DNA of 39,249 nt. Source: Chiloscyllium plagiosum (lineage: Eukaryota). The stretch lies in contig NC_057726.1 of the NCBI RefSeq assembly GCF_004010195.1, forward strand, positions 69,177,418 through 69,216,666. The letters run 5' to 3'. Positions within the stretch are counted from its first letter, which is position 1. Every line of letters starts with the position of its first letter. Of this stretch, positions 23,601 through 34,004 are shown one piece after another. A program made the position numbers and the translations under genes. The notes under the pieces were generated by a model. That model saw only the letters and a list, made by a program, of their open reading frames with translations, did no database searches and was not told the DNA's origin.

Positions 23601-25572
23601 ACATTGTCAAAAATTGACACAGATACTGCAAAATGAATTGGCTTATTTTTCGCGCAAAAACAGACAAAATGCTGGCAAATCAACTGCGGAACAATGAATA
23701 GTTACATGAGCAGGAAACGTGATATTTCACAGCCATTTGTTCGCCTCAATTATTGTTACCCAACAAAGCAGAAGCTGCATTTCTGAGTGTCAGACTTCAA
23801 CCCAAATATTGCTGTTTACAGACGAAACACGGAATGACAGAGAATAACAAGGTTTACACAGACTTGGATATCACAGGCTCGGGAAAAACTGGGCGAATGG
23901 CCAAGAAGGAAGTCAATGCAAGTTAAGCTCAGGTGCGGCTGTTTTTTTAAAAATCGAAATAAGGAAAAATAACACGTAATAAAAGTTAATGCAATGTAAA
24001 CTGACATTTCATGTTTGAATATATTGAAGTGCATTAAAACTTGTATCCCAATAAATTAATTATTAGATGATATGATAGCATTTCAAATAGTCATTTTAAG
24101 AAAGAACTCACAAATAGACCTTTTTTTTTGACTGGAGGAATGTCTGTAGCAAGGCCCATTAAGGTCAATGCTTTTACATCCAATGTTTATCAAATAGAAT
24201 AGAGAGATGATAGAACATCGAGAAAGTACAGTTCACTTCAGAAAAGGGTTTATTCAAGCATTTTAGGTGGAAGAATAATGACCGAAGAACACAACTTCAC
24301 ACAAAACTTACAGGTACGCCTGCACTGCAGGTTACCAATTTCCCTGAAATATTGCTCCGGTCGTTACTGTAAAGAATACAGCCAAACGTGCACAGAGCTC
24401 CAGAGTACACCCAAGCTGTGTAAACACCGCAAGAATTCTTTAAACTTCAACAAAATCCATAATAGGAAGAAAGATTATGAACTAAACAGTTTGATTTCGA
24501 AGACTGAATTCAACCCATATCACGTCCAGAACATTAAGAGGTTGTTAATAATACGTTTATAGATCGGGAGAAACAGATATTAAGAAAAAGAAATCAGTTT
24601 CTGAAATCACCAATCATAACTAAATTGTAAAGACATCCGATATTGTACTGCTTGTTTAAAAAAAATCAAGGAATATTGGCGCCATTGGATAAACAACCAA
24701 TTCATCCTACTTCCCGTAGTTATTTCAGGCAACAGCCTTAATATGTTGAATAAATTAGAACGGGCATAAACTGGAACGGACATGTGCAGCCGATTTAAAA
24801 AAAAACCTCTTTGTGGTGTTTCGTTCTCCTCTTGTGTTCAGAATCTGAGCTTTTCCCCATTTGTTCAATTTGGCCCGCGCCCCATCCGTAAGGTGCAGGA
24901 GAAATGACACTTCCTGCGAAAGACGGGATCCCAGATTTCGGCTTCATATTGCGCCAAAGTTGCGTTCTGCATTGCTATTGTTTCTAATGGAAAATTCACT
25001 CTGCAGTGAAAAATGTGTATTGGAAATTCACTTATATGATCTTAAGAAGATTTTGTTTCTCCCAGCCAACAGTAGAAAACACAGAAATCGATACCCTTTA
25101 TATAAAAGTTAGGGTAAAAGGAGATTATGCTATGATGCTTTTGATGATGGAGATAGGACAGAATATACTTTAGTACACGAGTAACCTTCGATCGGATCGC
25201 AAAGATTTCAAATAAGCAGCAGGATGAAATGATTAAATTCTTGATTTTTCCGTCTCTTGATCTGCAATACATTGTTCACAAATTTCGAGAAAGCAGTTAT
25301 AATGGTAATCTTCTAAAGAGACTGTCAATTCCAGGGCAAAATTGCAGTGACTTGGAGAAGGGATAAGTCAGTTGGAGTAATTGGTTGTATTGTCAGAGCA
25401 CCAACATTCTTCATCATTCTTGACTGTGAAAAGATTTCATTGTTTTGGTAGCTTTATCAAAGAAAACATTAACGTCTGTGATACTCTGACCACTTTGAAT
25501 ATAAACCACTTAAACAGATTTTTGAATAGTCGTTTCAAATAGATCCTCATAATAAAAAGTTTTGTTTTTCAG

Positions 25573-25599
25573 ATCAAACCAGAGAAATCTGACAGTTAA
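25573..25599 (+). CDS. Candidate short terminal exon of gene B (IKPEKSDS*)
   Basis: Strong acceptor tttgtttttcag, phase 0; downstream accaatccgca also occurs in the gene A last exon; unverified. Confidence 0.22.
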   Translation: MKPEKSDS

Positions 25600-26393
25600 G
25601 GTGCATACACCAATCCGCATAGCCCTGGCATTTATACACCTTAAAGAACATATCGGATTGAATGCGCAATGAATGTTGATAATAGCCTGCGTTTTATGAA
25701 CAGTTTTAAGAAGACAGCAGGGCAAAATATCCCCTTCTTTATTCGGACAGCAATATACTTAATGTTATGATATATTTGTGTACTGTAAGCAACTTGATAT
25801 TCATTTCCTTCAGAATTTTCTCAGTAATTACACTGTAATGCCATGTTGATAAACAGAAATGTAAATCAAACGCATGTAAAGCAATATGAATGGATTATGA
25901 AGATCCTTGATCTTATTTACTGAATGACATACAATCAAATCATTACAGCAGAATTCATAATTATTCTGACACTTCATTCAAATTTATTTCCAACAGCATT
26001 ACATGGGTATTGATTCATGGGCTATAAATTGTACTACAAATTTTGACATTTTGATTATGACTTTGCAAGTTTGATTTAACTAATTCAAGTTTATCTATCA
26101 AGTTCACGTTTTCGTACGATACAAAACATTAAACAGGTGACTCAGCAGGCAAAGACTCGCTGGTGCACTTCTGTAGACTCAAAGCTTTACATATCCATTG
26201 ATACGTAGCACCCTGTTCATTGCAGGCAGAAAGAATATGTGCACATACAATGCACAAATGAACAAAGTATTGGAAGATATTGTTGGCCGATTTCTCAGAG
26301 ATTTCAAATAAACATGTTGGACTATAACCTGGTGTTGTGCGATTTTTCGATTTCAGTTTGTATCAATCTGCCTGGATTCGCAGTTTTTGAAGT

Positions 26394-28135
26394 CTAACTG
26401 TTCTGTGCCTGCAGTTCATACTGCTGAATCTGCCCTCGCATTCGAATCATTACTTCTGTGTGGGCTTCACATTTACACACAGTAATTGATTTGGGCAACA
26501 GGACCGTTTCCAGGAGATCAGAAACCAGGCCACGGCATGTGATGAGCTTTCCGGTAGAGGTTAAGAAGCCCCTGTGTTTCCACAGGGTTCCAAAATCATG
26601 TACAATCTCGAATGCATATCTGCTATCGTTGTAAATATTCACTGTCTTTCCCTTAGCCAATTTACAAGCCTCAGTCAAGGCAATCAGCTCCGCTGCTTGC
26701 GCTGACAGATGAGAAAGGAGTGATCCTGCTTTGACTGCCTCATGGATAGTCTCTACAGCATATTAAACACAGTTCTGGCCTGTCTCCTTGCTCCTGAATG
26801 CTGACCCATCCACAAAAAACTCCATATCCGGATTCTGAAGTGGCGAATCCTGCAAATCCAGTCTGGGGCTGCAAATTTCATTAGTTACAGCGACTCAATC
26901 ATGTGGGTCTCCGTCTCCTTCTGTGGGGAGAAGGCTAGCAGGGCTAAGGATGTTACATCGCTTTATTGCAATATTAGGCATCTCCTATAACACGGTATTG
27001 TATCTCAGCCAACGTGCTGCCGACACGTGTGCTGTCTTTTGCTCGGGAAGCAGTAAGGATACTGCAGAACCGATGATCCCGAGGTTAAAACAGGAGTGTC
27101 CAGACTCCTGCATAGAGACTCATTATGTATGGCGGGGGACTCACAGTAACCTTGACAAATTTGCGTGAAGGTATATGATTTCCCTTTGAATGAAAAAGCG
27201 TACCAGAATTGATTATCTGGTACACTAAAGAAGGCATTTGCTAAATCCACAACAGAGAGCCATTTACTGTCCGGTGGAATTTGAGCTAATATCGAATAGG
27301 GGTTGGGAACATTTGGGGCGCGCTATTGACTGCCTGCAGGTCTTGAACAAACCTCCATTCCTCAGGTTCACCTGGAATGTTTGCTTTTTTGAATGGAAAA
27401 ATGGGGGTTCTCACCAGTAGGTTCTCACAGGGGATTATCACTCAAGCCTTTAGAAGGGATTCAAAGACTGGAGTAATTCTTTCTATAGGATCAGTGGTGC
27501 TGGAAGAGCACAGCAATTCAGGCAGCATCCGAGGACAGGCAAAATCGATGTTTCGGGCAAAAGCCCTTCATCAGGAAGGGCTTTTGCCCGAAACGTCGAT
27601 TTGCCTGTCCTCGGATGCTGCCTGAATTGCTGTGCTCTTCCAGCACCACTGATTCAGAAGAAGGTTTCCAGCATCTGCAGTCAATGTTTTTACACCATTG
27701 TTTTTACCTCTAATTCTTTCTATAGCCTCAGGCTTTAACAGATATCGTGCTCTGCAAGGAGGCGGTAAATCTCTCTCGTACCACGACTGCATCCATTGAG
27801 TTCAGAAAGCTTCCACTCATCTTTATTGGCATCGACTCTCTGAACTGGCTTGATTTAAGGACTAACTATGTAGCTCCTGTATCGACCAAAAAGGTAACTG
27901 GTGTACCTTCCACATATAACATGGAGGTAGGCATCGAATTATATGCATCGTTGTTATATTGGACATATTGCCCACACTTCGCAACCTCAATGCTCAATAT
28001 AGAGGTGGGACATGTCTCAGTGTCCGTAAGGTTAGTAGAAGAGATTAGCATAAGCGAGCCTTCATTGCAAACCATAAAGAAAAGAGGCTTACCTGTACCT
28101 TGTGGGCTGCCCACCTTCACTTCAGCCCTCCCCTG
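26394..28135 (-). pseudogene. pol: ERV pro-pol remnant (protease, RT, RNase H) with stops, frameshifts and deletions
   Basis: FLVDTGAT*; YLLKPEA; DLANAFFSVP...QGYCESP...VLQY (DD absent); FFVDGS; ELIALTEAC; NIYNDSRYAF; KCEAH. Confidence 0.9.
27489..27710. mobile_element. Short palindromic Penelope-type element inserted in ERV pol, with 15-bp TSD
   Basis: TSD taattctttctatag at 27474-27488 and 27711-27725; ~80-bp inverted arms 27490-27569 / 27575-27653; removing it restores LKPEAIERITPVFESLL. Confidence 0.9.
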
Positions 28136-29671
28136 ACAGTCACCCTGCTGTCTAGCCTCCAGAGCCAATTTAGGCTGTCTGTGTGGGCACTGTTTCGCCC
28201 AGTGGTCCATTGCTCCACAAACAAAGCACCCACCAGATCTATCTCTGCCAGCGCCTCTTCCTCTGTCTTTTTTCCACAGCACCTCCCTCCAACGGCTGGG
28301 CGACCATCTGCATCAGAGTAAGCTGAGTTTTATCTGCTTGCTGTTCCATCTTTAGTTACCACTTATCCTTCTCTCGGGTAAGCAATATTTCAGCATGTAT
28401 CGCATGCTGTTCTATCAAATCCAGCTTTCCCGTGTCCCAGGTAATACATGTGTCTTTTACCTTTTTCGCTATTTCGTCTTTCATTCCGTTGATGAAGCTG
28501 TTCCTCAGGTGTGCTTCATATGCCATGATTTCTGCTGCCGTTTTGTCGAAGGGTGGTCTCAGTCCGCTTTGTTTATTATGGACTTCAGTGAGGCGCGTAA
28601 GGTACTGGGACACGGTCTCACCTTCCTGTTGTTTACACATTGCTATTTTTGTCATGTCCATTCGCACTGGGAATGCCTCCCTCCAAGCGGTTGCCAGCGC
28701 TGCAACAAAAGCATTAAAGTCTCTGGTCTGCTCCACTCATGGGTTGGCTACTCTGGCATGGACGTTTGCAGCTGGCCAGGTATAGTTGATTTTGGTGAAA
28801 ACGGCACCTAGTTTTCGTCCCAGGAGACGTCTCATCTTATGTGAAGTGGGACGGAACTCAGTACAGAACTTGGTCACTTATTTGGCGAACTTATGACCTC
28901 CAACCTCGCGTGGGTCAGGCAACTGCCCATAGGCACTTTCCAGATCTTTCATGGTTCATGGTCAGTGCACCAGCACTGGACACCCTTCTGGACCTGCAAC
29001 TTCAGCCATTGGGGCTTGCAGAATCAGCTGGTTAGATGATCGTGCGCCAGTACCCTCGCTGTCTGACTCATCAACCGTCGGGGGGTGATCACGAACCGGC
29101 CCTGGATGCCTTTCCATCTTGTAGTGGTCGTCCTTCTTTTGGGCTTCTTGCTTCAATTGCTTGTGGGTATGGTGTGCTATCGGTGATTCAGCAGACCCTG
29201 AGGCGGCGGCTGCTGACTTGGAACCTTCACCAGGCGGATCTTGTAGGGGGGCTGGCGGTCTCGGAGGGCAGTCATCAATGTCAGGATATGAAACAGACTT
29301 AAGATACTGTACAGCTTTGCGAGGTTGTATTCCGCACACATCTGCATGTGCGCTGGTATTTGTACGTGTACTTGATCTATCTTTTACTTGAGATTTCCTT
29401 TCCCTGATATTAGCCTCAGCCTTCCACAATGTATAAGCACTCCAATTCACAGGTTCTATTTTTCCCTTCTTTTTCTCCTTCTCTCTCTCCTCCAACCTCA
29501 ACCTCAATATTTACTAAAACTTCCTCCCTCTGGAAAACCACATTCCTTGATCGACAATTCTAACTGCTTTACAGGTTCTGGGCCGTAATCATTTAGCATG
29601 TATTGTATTTTTGGTTGGCTATTCCATGTCCTGTGTGGACTCTCCTTTTGTTTGCTCTTGCCGGAGCCCAT
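28136..29671 (-). pseudogene. gag: ERV gag remnant
   Basis: ATG at 29671 gives MGSGKSK (myristoylation-type); GFPEGGSFS; Pro-rich PPRPPAP; capsid; CFVCGAMDHWAKQC knuckle; several frameshifts and stops. Confidence 0.88.
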
Positions 29672-30060
29672 TTTTAGCATAACTGGAAAAGTGTTCAGCT
29701 CTCTTGCTCTCTCTGGCGGTACCATTATCTTTTCCCTTTGACTTGCTTTCTTTCCTCTGGCGGGCCGCCTCAATGCCTTGGTTTTCATAAGCCAAGACAC
29801 CACGTACCCGGTACATCGTTGGTGAGTCCCAACTCAGCCAGTGGTGGTTCCAAGTCTAAAACCACCCTTAAACTTGCTGTCTCCTAAACATTCTAGACAA
29901 GGCAATCCCCTTCCCTTGGGTTTTGCTCTAATCCCACAGCATTGAACCCTTTTCCTGCTGTACTTATTCTCTTAGAATGAGTCTCTATATAGGATTACTA
30001 AACCTTCGACTCTTAATCCAACCCTATTCGATTCGAACTCCAGCGCTAGGGTGATCTGCA

Positions 30061-30152
30061 TATTCTGAAAATGTGTTGCTGGAAAAGTGCAGCAGGTCAG
30101 GCAGCATCCAGGGAACAGGAGAATCGACGTTTCGGGCATAAGCCCTTCTTCA
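30061..30152 (-). mobile_element. One-armed relative of the 27489 element, inserted in the ERV leader
   Basis: gctggaaaagtgcagcaggtcaggcagcatcc...gacgtttcgggcataagcccttc; flanked by gatctgca at 30053-30060 and 30153-30160. Confidence 0.8.
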
Positions 30153-30276
30153 GATCTGCAGATTCCCAGTCCTCTCACTCAAAAGGGCCAATTCAGCACT
30201 CGAGATGAAGTGAAAGACCTTCAAGGTGCTGTCACCTGCGCCTCCTGGGAGTCTTCAGAATCCCACCAGTTGCGGG

Positions 30277-30294
30277 ATCCCAGACGAGCCTCCA
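30277..30294 (-). promoter_or_regulatory. Retroviral primer-binding site, tRNA-Pro
   Basis: Minus strand TGGAGGCTCGTCTGGGAT matches the Pro PBS TGGGGGCTCGTCCGGGAT at 16/18; 7 nt from a ...TGACA LTR end. Confidence 0.85.
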
Positions 30295-30301
30295 AGTTTA
30301 C

Positions 30302-30720
30302 TGTCACGGAAATTAAATCGACTTGACTCAACTGTTAGCAAGAGCAAAGAAAGGAGCTTGATTTAAATTCTGCAGAATTGACCCAGTACATTCAACTAGG
30401 TGTCTCCATGTAAGGGGTTCCTGAACATTGTTCAGATACTTGCCTTATACTGTTTCTTATCATGCTCTCAACGGCAACGACTGGGAAAACTCAAGTTATT
30501 ATTCTCTCATCCCCTGGTCTTGGACATAGCAGTTCTTCAGCTTTTGTTGAGTTCGACTATTGCAACGTCGAGTTGAATGTTTACAAAACTGATACAGAGA
30601 CAAGCTGGCTGCAAACCTCATCAAAGTATTGTTTATAAAGCTCAGCACAGCATTAAATTTTAGAAAAGCATTCTCTTTCAAATTTCACAGTAAATGGATA
30701 ATTTTCCATTACATAATCAT
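30302..30720 (-). repeat. Putative 5' LTR (distal boundary uncertain)
   Basis: Ends in ...CA next to the PBS; TATAA on the minus strand near 30446-30450; no second copy available to fix the length. Confidence 0.55.
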
Positions 30721-30874
30721 CAGTTAATAATTAATAGTCCATCACTATTTCTTCATTACTTTGTTGGCTGAGGATTCCATTATCTATTCTAGAATTGCTA
30801 CCACTTTTATCGCTCTAGTGGTACTAACGTTGTCTGATGTTTGTTCTCCCTTCCTCCTCCCAGTTCAATAGCAT

Positions 30875-31220
30875 CCTACCTCAAACAAGGTGGCCAAAAC
30901 TGAACACAATACTCCAAGTGCAGCCTCACCCACGTCCTGTACAACTACAATGTAACTTCCCAAATTCTATACTCAATGCCCTGACTGATAAAGGCCAGTG
31001 TGCTAAAAGCCCTTTTCATTGCCTGTTTACCTTTGACTTCAATTTCAGAGAACCATGCACATGAACTCCAAGGTCCCTCTGTTCCCTTACACTCTTTAAG
31101 GACCTACCATTCACCATGAAATTCATCCTTTGATTTTACTTTCCAAAATGCAAGACCTCACATTTATTTATATTAAACTCCATTTGGCATTTCTCGGCCC
31201 ACTTCCCCAACAGATCAAAA
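30875..31220 (-). mobile_element. CR1 fragment
   Basis: ggccaaaactgaacacaatactccaagtgc is the reverse of HLEYCVQFW; ttccaaaatgcaagacctcacatttat is the reverse of KCEVLHFG. Confidence 0.8.
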
Positions 31221-31237
31221 TTCTATCTCTTTCTCTG

Positions 31238-31391
31238 CAGAGGAACCTCGATTATCCAAAGACATGGATGGGGATTATACTGTTCGGTTAGTTGAATTCC
31301 GGACAATCGAATGCTGGATAGCATAGTTTTGCGATCTTGTCAGGTATTCGATATTCAGATAATTGAATGCCAGATAACTGAGGTCCCTCTG
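31238..31391. mobile_element. Tc1/pogo (Tigger)-type MITE
   Basis: TIRs cagaggaacctcgattatc ... gataactgaggtccctctg followed by TA; related copy at 36173. Confidence 0.7.
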
Positions 31392-31392
31392 T

Positions 31393-31874
31393 ACCTCTCC
31401 ATTTCTGCCTCTCTATGTGAATCTTTTTCTGTATTCTCTGTCTTTCAATTTCTATTTCAAATTCACTCTGTCTCTCTCTCTCTGCCTCTATCTGTCTCTC
31501 TCTCTCTCTGTCATATTCATTATTTGTCATATTCTTTCCCAGTTTCTTTGTCATGCTTGCTCAGCTGTGCTGTCTGGGCCCCGCTGTATCTATCTCTTTT
31601 TGCCTGTCTCTGTTTTTGTCTTTCTCTAACTGTCTATGCCCCTCTCTCTTTCTCTTTCTCTGTATTCCATTCTCCCTGTAACTCTGTCTTTTTTTTTGTT
31701 GTCTCTTGTGCTCTCTTTAACTCTCTGTCTTTCACTCTTCACACTCTGGCTTTCACTTTGTTGATCATTACTTCGTGATCTCGAACTCTCCATCGCTCTC
31801 TATTCTGCCGGTCACTCTTGTGCTCTGTCTCTGTGCCTTTCTCCATCTGTCTCTATCTTATTATCTCCCTCTTA
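31393..31874. repeat. CT-rich low-complexity tract
   Basis: Degenerate (TC)n/(TCTG)n running into the gap. Confidence 0.85.
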
Positions 31875-32374
31875 NNNNNNNNNNNNNNNNNNNNNNNNNN
31901 NNNNNNNNNNNNNNNNNNNNNNNNNNNNNNNNNNNNNNNNNNNNNNNNNNNNNNNNNNNNNNNNNNNNNNNNNNNNNNNNNNNNNNNNNNNNNNNNNNNN
32001 NNNNNNNNNNNNNNNNNNNNNNNNNNNNNNNNNNNNNNNNNNNNNNNNNNNNNNNNNNNNNNNNNNNNNNNNNNNNNNNNNNNNNNNNNNNNNNNNNNNN
32101 NNNNNNNNNNNNNNNNNNNNNNNNNNNNNNNNNNNNNNNNNNNNNNNNNNNNNNNNNNNNNNNNNNNNNNNNNNNNNNNNNNNNNNNNNNNNNNNNNNNN
32201 NNNNNNNNNNNNNNNNNNNNNNNNNNNNNNNNNNNNNNNNNNNNNNNNNNNNNNNNNNNNNNNNNNNNNNNNNNNNNNNNNNNNNNNNNNNNNNNNNNNN
32301 NNNNNNNNNNNNNNNNNNNNNNNNNNNNNNNNNNNNNNNNNNNNNNNNNNNNNNNNNNNNNNNNNNNNNNNNNN
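31875..32374. other. Assembly gap (500 N)
   Basis: Run of N; the round size suggests a placeholder length. Confidence 0.99.
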
Positions 32375-33735
32375 GTCATATTTGACCTGGTTTTGGGAAA
32401 TGAGCCTGGCCATATGGGTGAAGCTGTAGTGAGGGAGCGTTTTGACCATAGTGACCATAATATCATGAGCTTTAAGATACTCGTGGAGAGGGATAACAGC
32501 AGTCCTTGTGTAAATGTGTTAAGTTGGGTGAAGAATTGGAGAATTTTGATTGAAGGCAGCTGTTTGAGAGTAAATCTATATCAGACATGAGGAGCATTTC
32601 AAATTGCAGTTGATAAGAGTTCATGAGCGGCACATTTCTGTGACGATAATTGATAGGTCTGGCAGGTTGTGCCAACCTTGGATGAGCAGAGATATTATGA
32701 CCATTGTCAGAAAGAAAAAGGAAGCGTAGGAGGTCAAGGAGAATGGGAACTGACGAAGACCTTGAAGTATGGAAGGAAAGTGGGGAAGAATTTCAACAAG
32801 ACATTAGAGGAAAATGTGTGTCTAACTAGTAAGTTTGCAGATGATATAAAGATTAGTGGAGTTGTGTACAATGAGGAGTATTGTCTGAGGATACAACAGA
32901 ATGTAGATCAATTGGAGGCATGGGCAGAGAAGTGGCAGTGGTGGTTTATTTGGGACTAATGTGAGCTTGAATACAGGTGGAAATTATACAGTGAATGGCA
33001 AGGCCCATCAGAATATTGATACGCAGAGGTGTCTGGTGTGTAGGTCCACAGATCACTGAAGGTGAGAGCGCAGCTAGATAAGGTACTTAAGGTAGTAAAA
33101 AGGGCTTAAGGCATGCTTGACTTCATTGGAAGGGGCATTGAGGATAAGGATAAAGAAGCTATGCTGCAGCTTTATAAAACTACAGTCAGGCCACACTTGG
33201 AATATTGCATATAGTTCTGGTCACCACAATACAAGAAGGAAATGGATGCTTTGGAGAAGGTACAGAAAAGGTTCGCCAGGATGTTGCTTGGTAAGGGGGA
33301 TTTTAGCTATGAAGGAAGGTTGGATAGACTGGGTTTGTTTTCACTGGAAGTTCAGGGCGATCTAATCGAAGTTTATCAGATTGTGAACAGCACGGATAGA
33401 GTAGGAAATATGAGGCTTTTTCACAGGGTGGAGGAATCAAGTACTAGGGGAACAGGTTCAAGAAATGAGGGGGCAAATTTAAAAGCGATGTGTGAGGCAG
33501 TTTTTTTCACATAAGGGGTGGTGATGCCTGGAATGTGTTGCCAGAGGAGGTGGTGGAAGCAGATGGAATAGCAACATTCAAAAAGCACCTGGACAAATAC
33601 ATGAATAAGAAGGGAATATAGGGATACCGTTCCTGTAAGTGAAGGCAATTTTCGTATGGAAAGGAAAAATGTGGCACTACAGGCTGGCAGACACAAAGAG
33701 TCTGTTTCTGTGCTGTATTCTTCTTTGTTCTTCTG
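32375..33735 (+). mobile_element. CR1 LINE with internal deletions (endonuclease end, RT, 3' end)
   Basis: DLVLGNEPG...SDHN (APE end); SKFADDIK; LEKVQKRFARML. Confidence 0.88.
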
Positions 33736-34004
33736 TATCCCTGAGTCATCTGAGCCCCTCAGAGATCATCCTGCCCGCTACGACACAGCTGGTTTGGTCA
33801 GCGTGAACCACCAATCCCAGAGCAGACCTGACTTGATTGGTGATAAGATCTGACTTGGCCAGACGGAATTTTGCTGATTGAAAGGAAGGATGAAATTGCC
33901 CAACTATGTCTCTGAGAGATGTTAGCTTTAATGTGCATGCTACCTCTTACCTGACATTGGTTAATCATTGCTAACATTCCACTTATTCTCCCCTTTTTTG
34001 TTAG

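Larger units (their letters stand above)
26390..30720 (-). mobile_element. Defective class I (gamma/epsilon-like) endogenous retrovirus: 5' LTR, PBS, gag, partial pro-pol; no integrase, env or 3' LTR seen
   Basis: PBS-Pro, MG-start gag, capsid MHR-like QQEGETVSQYLTRL, CCHC knuckle, DTGA protease, DLANAFFS RT and FFVDGS / DSRYAF RNase H in colinear order. Confidence 0.93.

Noticed and set aside
29672-29803. In-frame N-terminal extension of gag (glyco-gag-like)
   Set aside because: Basic and hydrophilic with no signal-anchor segment; an open frame of this length is expected by chance.
31288-32590. Long ORFs over the CT tract and N gap
   Set aside because: Products of low-complexity sequence and Ns.
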